From Torpedo marmorata (taxonomy: Eukaryota): a DNA stretch of 64,000 bases. Location: assembly GCA_977017645.1 (NCBI GenBank), contig OZ360226.1, positions 117,180,001 through 117,244,000 on the forward strand. Reading direction: 5' to 3'. Of this stretch, positions 61,200-64,000 are shown in pieces. Every line of letters starts with the position of its first letter. Position 1 is the first letter of the stretch. The notes beneath the pieces are model-generated. The model did no database searches. It was not told the DNA's origin and was given only the letters and a program-made list of their open reading frames with translations. The translations under genes and the position numbers were made by a program.

Positions 61200-62560
61200 C
61201 TAGCCCTAATTGCCCTCAAGAAGTGGTGGTGATCCATTACCTTGATCTGCTGCAGTCCTTCTGGAGAAGGTACTTCCTATAGTGGTGCTGTGCAGGAAAT
61301 TCCAGGATTTAGACCAGTGGTTTTCAAACTGCCCCCCTAAACTCACATTCCACTTTAAGCAATCCCTATACCATAGGTGCTCTGTGATTAGTGAGGGATT
61401 GCTTAAGGTGGTATGTGAGTGGGAAGGGAAGATTGAGAACCACTGCTCTAGACCCAATTGTTACTGAAATATTTTGCTTGAGAAAAATTGTCATTGGCCC
61501 ATTTCCTTTGGAGTTATGAAACCGTGCACATAACGAGTCAATTAGGAACAATTAAAACAGTGGTTTTCAAACTTTTTCTTTCCACTCACATACCACCTTA
61601 AGTAATCCCTAACTAATCACAGAGCACCTATGGCATAGGGATTGCTTAAGGTGGAATGTAAGTTTAGGGGAGCAGTTTGAAAACCATTGATTTAGACCGT
61701 CAAGCTGGCGTGACATCGAGGAATAGGCAGTTGGTTGCATTTCCATGCACCTGTTCCTCTTGGTGGGGATGAGTTGATGCAGTGCCATTTGTAGGAGGTA
61801 AGCGTTGCAGCCACTGTGCATCAATGGTGGAGGGGGTTAAAGTTTGGGTCATTGATGGAGTACCAAACAAGCAACCTTTTCTTTGATAGAGTATAGCTTC
61901 CTGAGTGTTTCTGTAGCTGTACATCTGAATAGGCAAAGGTTATTCTATCACTCTCCTGACTTGTGCCTTGCAGGTGTGGAAAAAAGTGAGGTGTCAAAAG
62001 GTGAACAACTGCTACCCCTCCACCATCAGACTTCTCAACATTAAACTCAATCAGGGACTCATTTAAGTTTGTTTACATTTCTTTATTAGTTTACATGTGT
62101 ACATTGTGTTCAGATTTTTTCTTGTACTACCAATAATTGCAATTCTTCCTCACCCACAGGAAAAAGAATCTCCTGTATGTCATGTATGTACTCTGACAAT
62201 AAATCTGAAATCTGTGGAAAATATGAATCCTTCACCTCAGGTACTCAGCTTCTGACCTGCTCTTGCAGCCATAGCATTTATATGGTTGGTCCAGTTGAGA
62301 CTTTGCCCATCAGTCATCTCTAGGACATTGATGGTGGTGGACTCAGTGCTTGGAATGACATTGATGGTCAAGGTAGATGGTTAAAGGTGGTCATTATCTC
62401 GTACTATTGCGATGTAAACATTATATGCTCAAGTTGACCGGACTTAATTTATTTGCTAAGGAGTTGTGAATTGACTTGAACATTGTGCATTCATCACCAA
62501 ATATACCCATTTCTGACCATGCGATGGAAGGAAGATCATGGATGAAGTAGTAAAAAAAAA
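61200..62560 (-). mobile_element. Old non-LTR retrotransposon remnant with a nested MITE and a Rex1 tail (~62005-62215, +)
   Basis: Similar to the reverse complement of 14150-14890. 62010-62215 matches 16598-16880. Confidence 0.5.
61315..61689. mobile_element. hAT-Charlie-like composite MITE (two inverted ~131-bp palindromic units plus a spacer)
   Basis: Units at 61315-61445 and 61558-61689. Perfect 8-bp TSD ATTTAGAC at 61307-61314 and 61690-61697. Confidence 0.85.
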
Positions 62561-62577
62561 ATCTGCCCTGAAGAATT

Positions 62578-63072
62578 GGGCAGCACGGTTAGCGTCACGG
62601 TTAACACAACGCTATTACAGCGCCAGCAACACGGGTTCAAATCCAATGGTGTCTGTAAGGAGTTTGTACATTCTCCCCGTGTCTGCATGGGTTTCCTCCA
62701 GGTGTTCCAGTTTCCTCCCACCCTTCAAAACATACAGGGGTTGTAGGTTAATTGGGTGTAATAGCCTGAATACGACTGGGATTGTCTGATCTCGGAAGGT
62801 AAGCAGGCACATGACTGGTCAGTACTTGGAGGGGAGACCGCTTAGGAACACCAGGTGCTGTAGGTTTCTGTGAGGGGCGCTGGACAAAATAGAGACCCTC
62901 TGTCTGCCTTATGGTAGACAAAAATTAAAGAATTTCATGTATGTTTCATTCTAAATGTAGTATTACGTGACAATAATGGAACCTTTACCTTTATTTGGGC
63001 AGCATGGGCTTGTGGGCAGGAAGGGCCTGTTACCGTGCTGTATGTCTAAATTTTAAAATTTAAAATTTAAAT
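62578..63072 (+). mobile_element. V-SINE interrupted by a 5S-derived SINE
   Basis: Head and V-domain at 62578-62760; the tail resumes at ~62994 (tttgggcagcatgg). Confidence 0.85.
62761..62993 (+). mobile_element. 5S rRNA-derived SINE (second copy)
   Basis: gtctgatctcggaaggtaagcagg...agtacttggaggggagaccgc...ggtgctgtaggttt, then a tail ending gtgacaataatggaacctttaccttta. Highly similar to 59221-59460. Confidence 0.9.
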
Positions 63073-63149
63073 TACTACAATCATATCCTGTGGCTGGGGT
63101 GTTTAAAGTCCAGCAACCACAACCATATTCAGTTGTTCAAGGTATTTCA

Positions 63150-63350
63150 CCAACCACAAGGATAAAAACACAGGATTCCCCTTGTCCTCACCTACCAATC
63201 CAACACATTATCCTCCAGAATTTCCGGCACTTACAACAGGATCCACTACCAGACACATCTTCCCCTCTCCTCCCCTCTCTGCCTTCCGTAGGGACCACTC
63301 CCTCCGTTATCCCCTCTTGCACTTATCCCTCCCCACCAACCCCCCCCCAG
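63150..63350 (+). mobile_element. Penelope-like fragment
   Basis: caggattccccttgtcctcacctacc...ccactaccagacacatcttcccc, as at ~1425 and ~49920. Confidence 0.75.
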
Positions 63351-63356
63351 GTTTTA

Positions 63357-64000
63357 TCATATATCGGGCGTATAAGTCGACCCCCAAAAATCGCGCTGAT
63401 TGAGCTGTTGGGCGTTGGCTGAGGGTGGTTGTTATCATGGAGGCTCCAGCAAAACGACGAAAGTATGAAGCAAGTTTTAAGTTAAAAGTGATAGAAATGG
63501 CCAAGAAAACCAACAACTGTGCTGCTGCAAGAAAATTTGATATATATGAGAAGTTGGTAAGAGATTGGAGAAAGAAAGAAGAGATTTTAAGAAAAATACC
63601 AAAAAGGTTTGATGAGAAGAGGAATCACTTGTTGGCCAGAGTTGGAAAATCACGTCACAGCATGGGTACATGAACAGAGGCAAGATTGCTACATAGTCAC
63701 CCGAAATAAAATAAGAGCATTTGCACTGAAGTGGGCAAAGTCGCACCCAGAACTCAGTAAAGATTTTGAAGCTACAGTCGGCTGGTGCAACCGTTTCATG
63801 AACAGGAAAAATTTGGTATTATGACAAAAAACAAAAATTGCTCAGAAACTACCAAAAGATCTTGATCATAAAGTTGTAAGTTTCCACCAGTTTATTGTAC
63901 GTAACCGGCAGAAACACCAGTGTGCATTGGCAAATATTGGAAACATGGACGAAACCCCCATGAATTTTGACATGATAGGCAATAGAACAGTGGAATGGAA
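63357..64000 (+). mobile_element. pogo-family (Passer/POGK-like) transposon 5' part, frameshifted, running off the window
   Basis: Brinker-type DNA-binding domain RRKYEASFKLKVIE..NNCAAARKF, CENPB-type HTH (WPELE...GWCNRFM), first catalytic D in IGNMDETP. TIR-like ggcgtataagtcga. Confidence 0.85.

Noticed and set aside
62761-62870. 5S rRNA gene (also 59345-59460)
   Set aside because: The 5' part is diverged, and both copies share a non-5S tail and are inserted in other TEs, so they are SINE heads.
63357-64000. Domesticated POGK gene
   Set aside because: Frameshifts and stops, a TIR-like 5' end and its position next to a Penelope fragment indicate a decayed transposon.

Overview
Eukaryotic, repeat-dense vertebrate DNA, most likely from a cartilaginous fish (shark or ray), judging by HE1-like V-SINEs paired with HER1/CR1 LINE tails. 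The only host gene is the 3' part of FOXO1 on the + strand. It comprises the end of a long intron 1 (1-23792), coding exon 2 (23793-25146, stop at 25131-25133), a ~10.5 kb intron within the 3' UTR, and a ~4 kb TE-free terminal UTR exon (~35601-39660) carrying several miRNA seed matches. The other recognisable sequence is transposon-derived: Penelope-like elements with minimal hammerhead motifs, Rex1/Babar, CR1 and L1 LINEs, V-SINEs, a 5S-rRNA-derived SINE, a complete but decayed CsRn1-type Gypsy element, a solo LTR, Tc1, pogo, and several MITEs. There are no prokaryotic features, no CRISPR array, and nothing I can honestly call a new protein system. The most interesting signals are structural. 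(1) Tiny hammerhead-bearing Penelope terminal-repeat insertions with their own target-site duplications (TSDs). (2) A 5S-headed SINE with a Rex1-type tail. (3) Two kb-scale G/C-skewed minisatellites, each enclosed by a DNA transposon's termini, in FOXO1 intron 2. (4) Two L1s inserted head-to-head at one target site. (5) An ORF1-retaining L1 with most of ORF2 deleted. (6) A composite hAT MITE. Family names and comparisons to human FOXO1 come from recalled knowledge, not from database searches.
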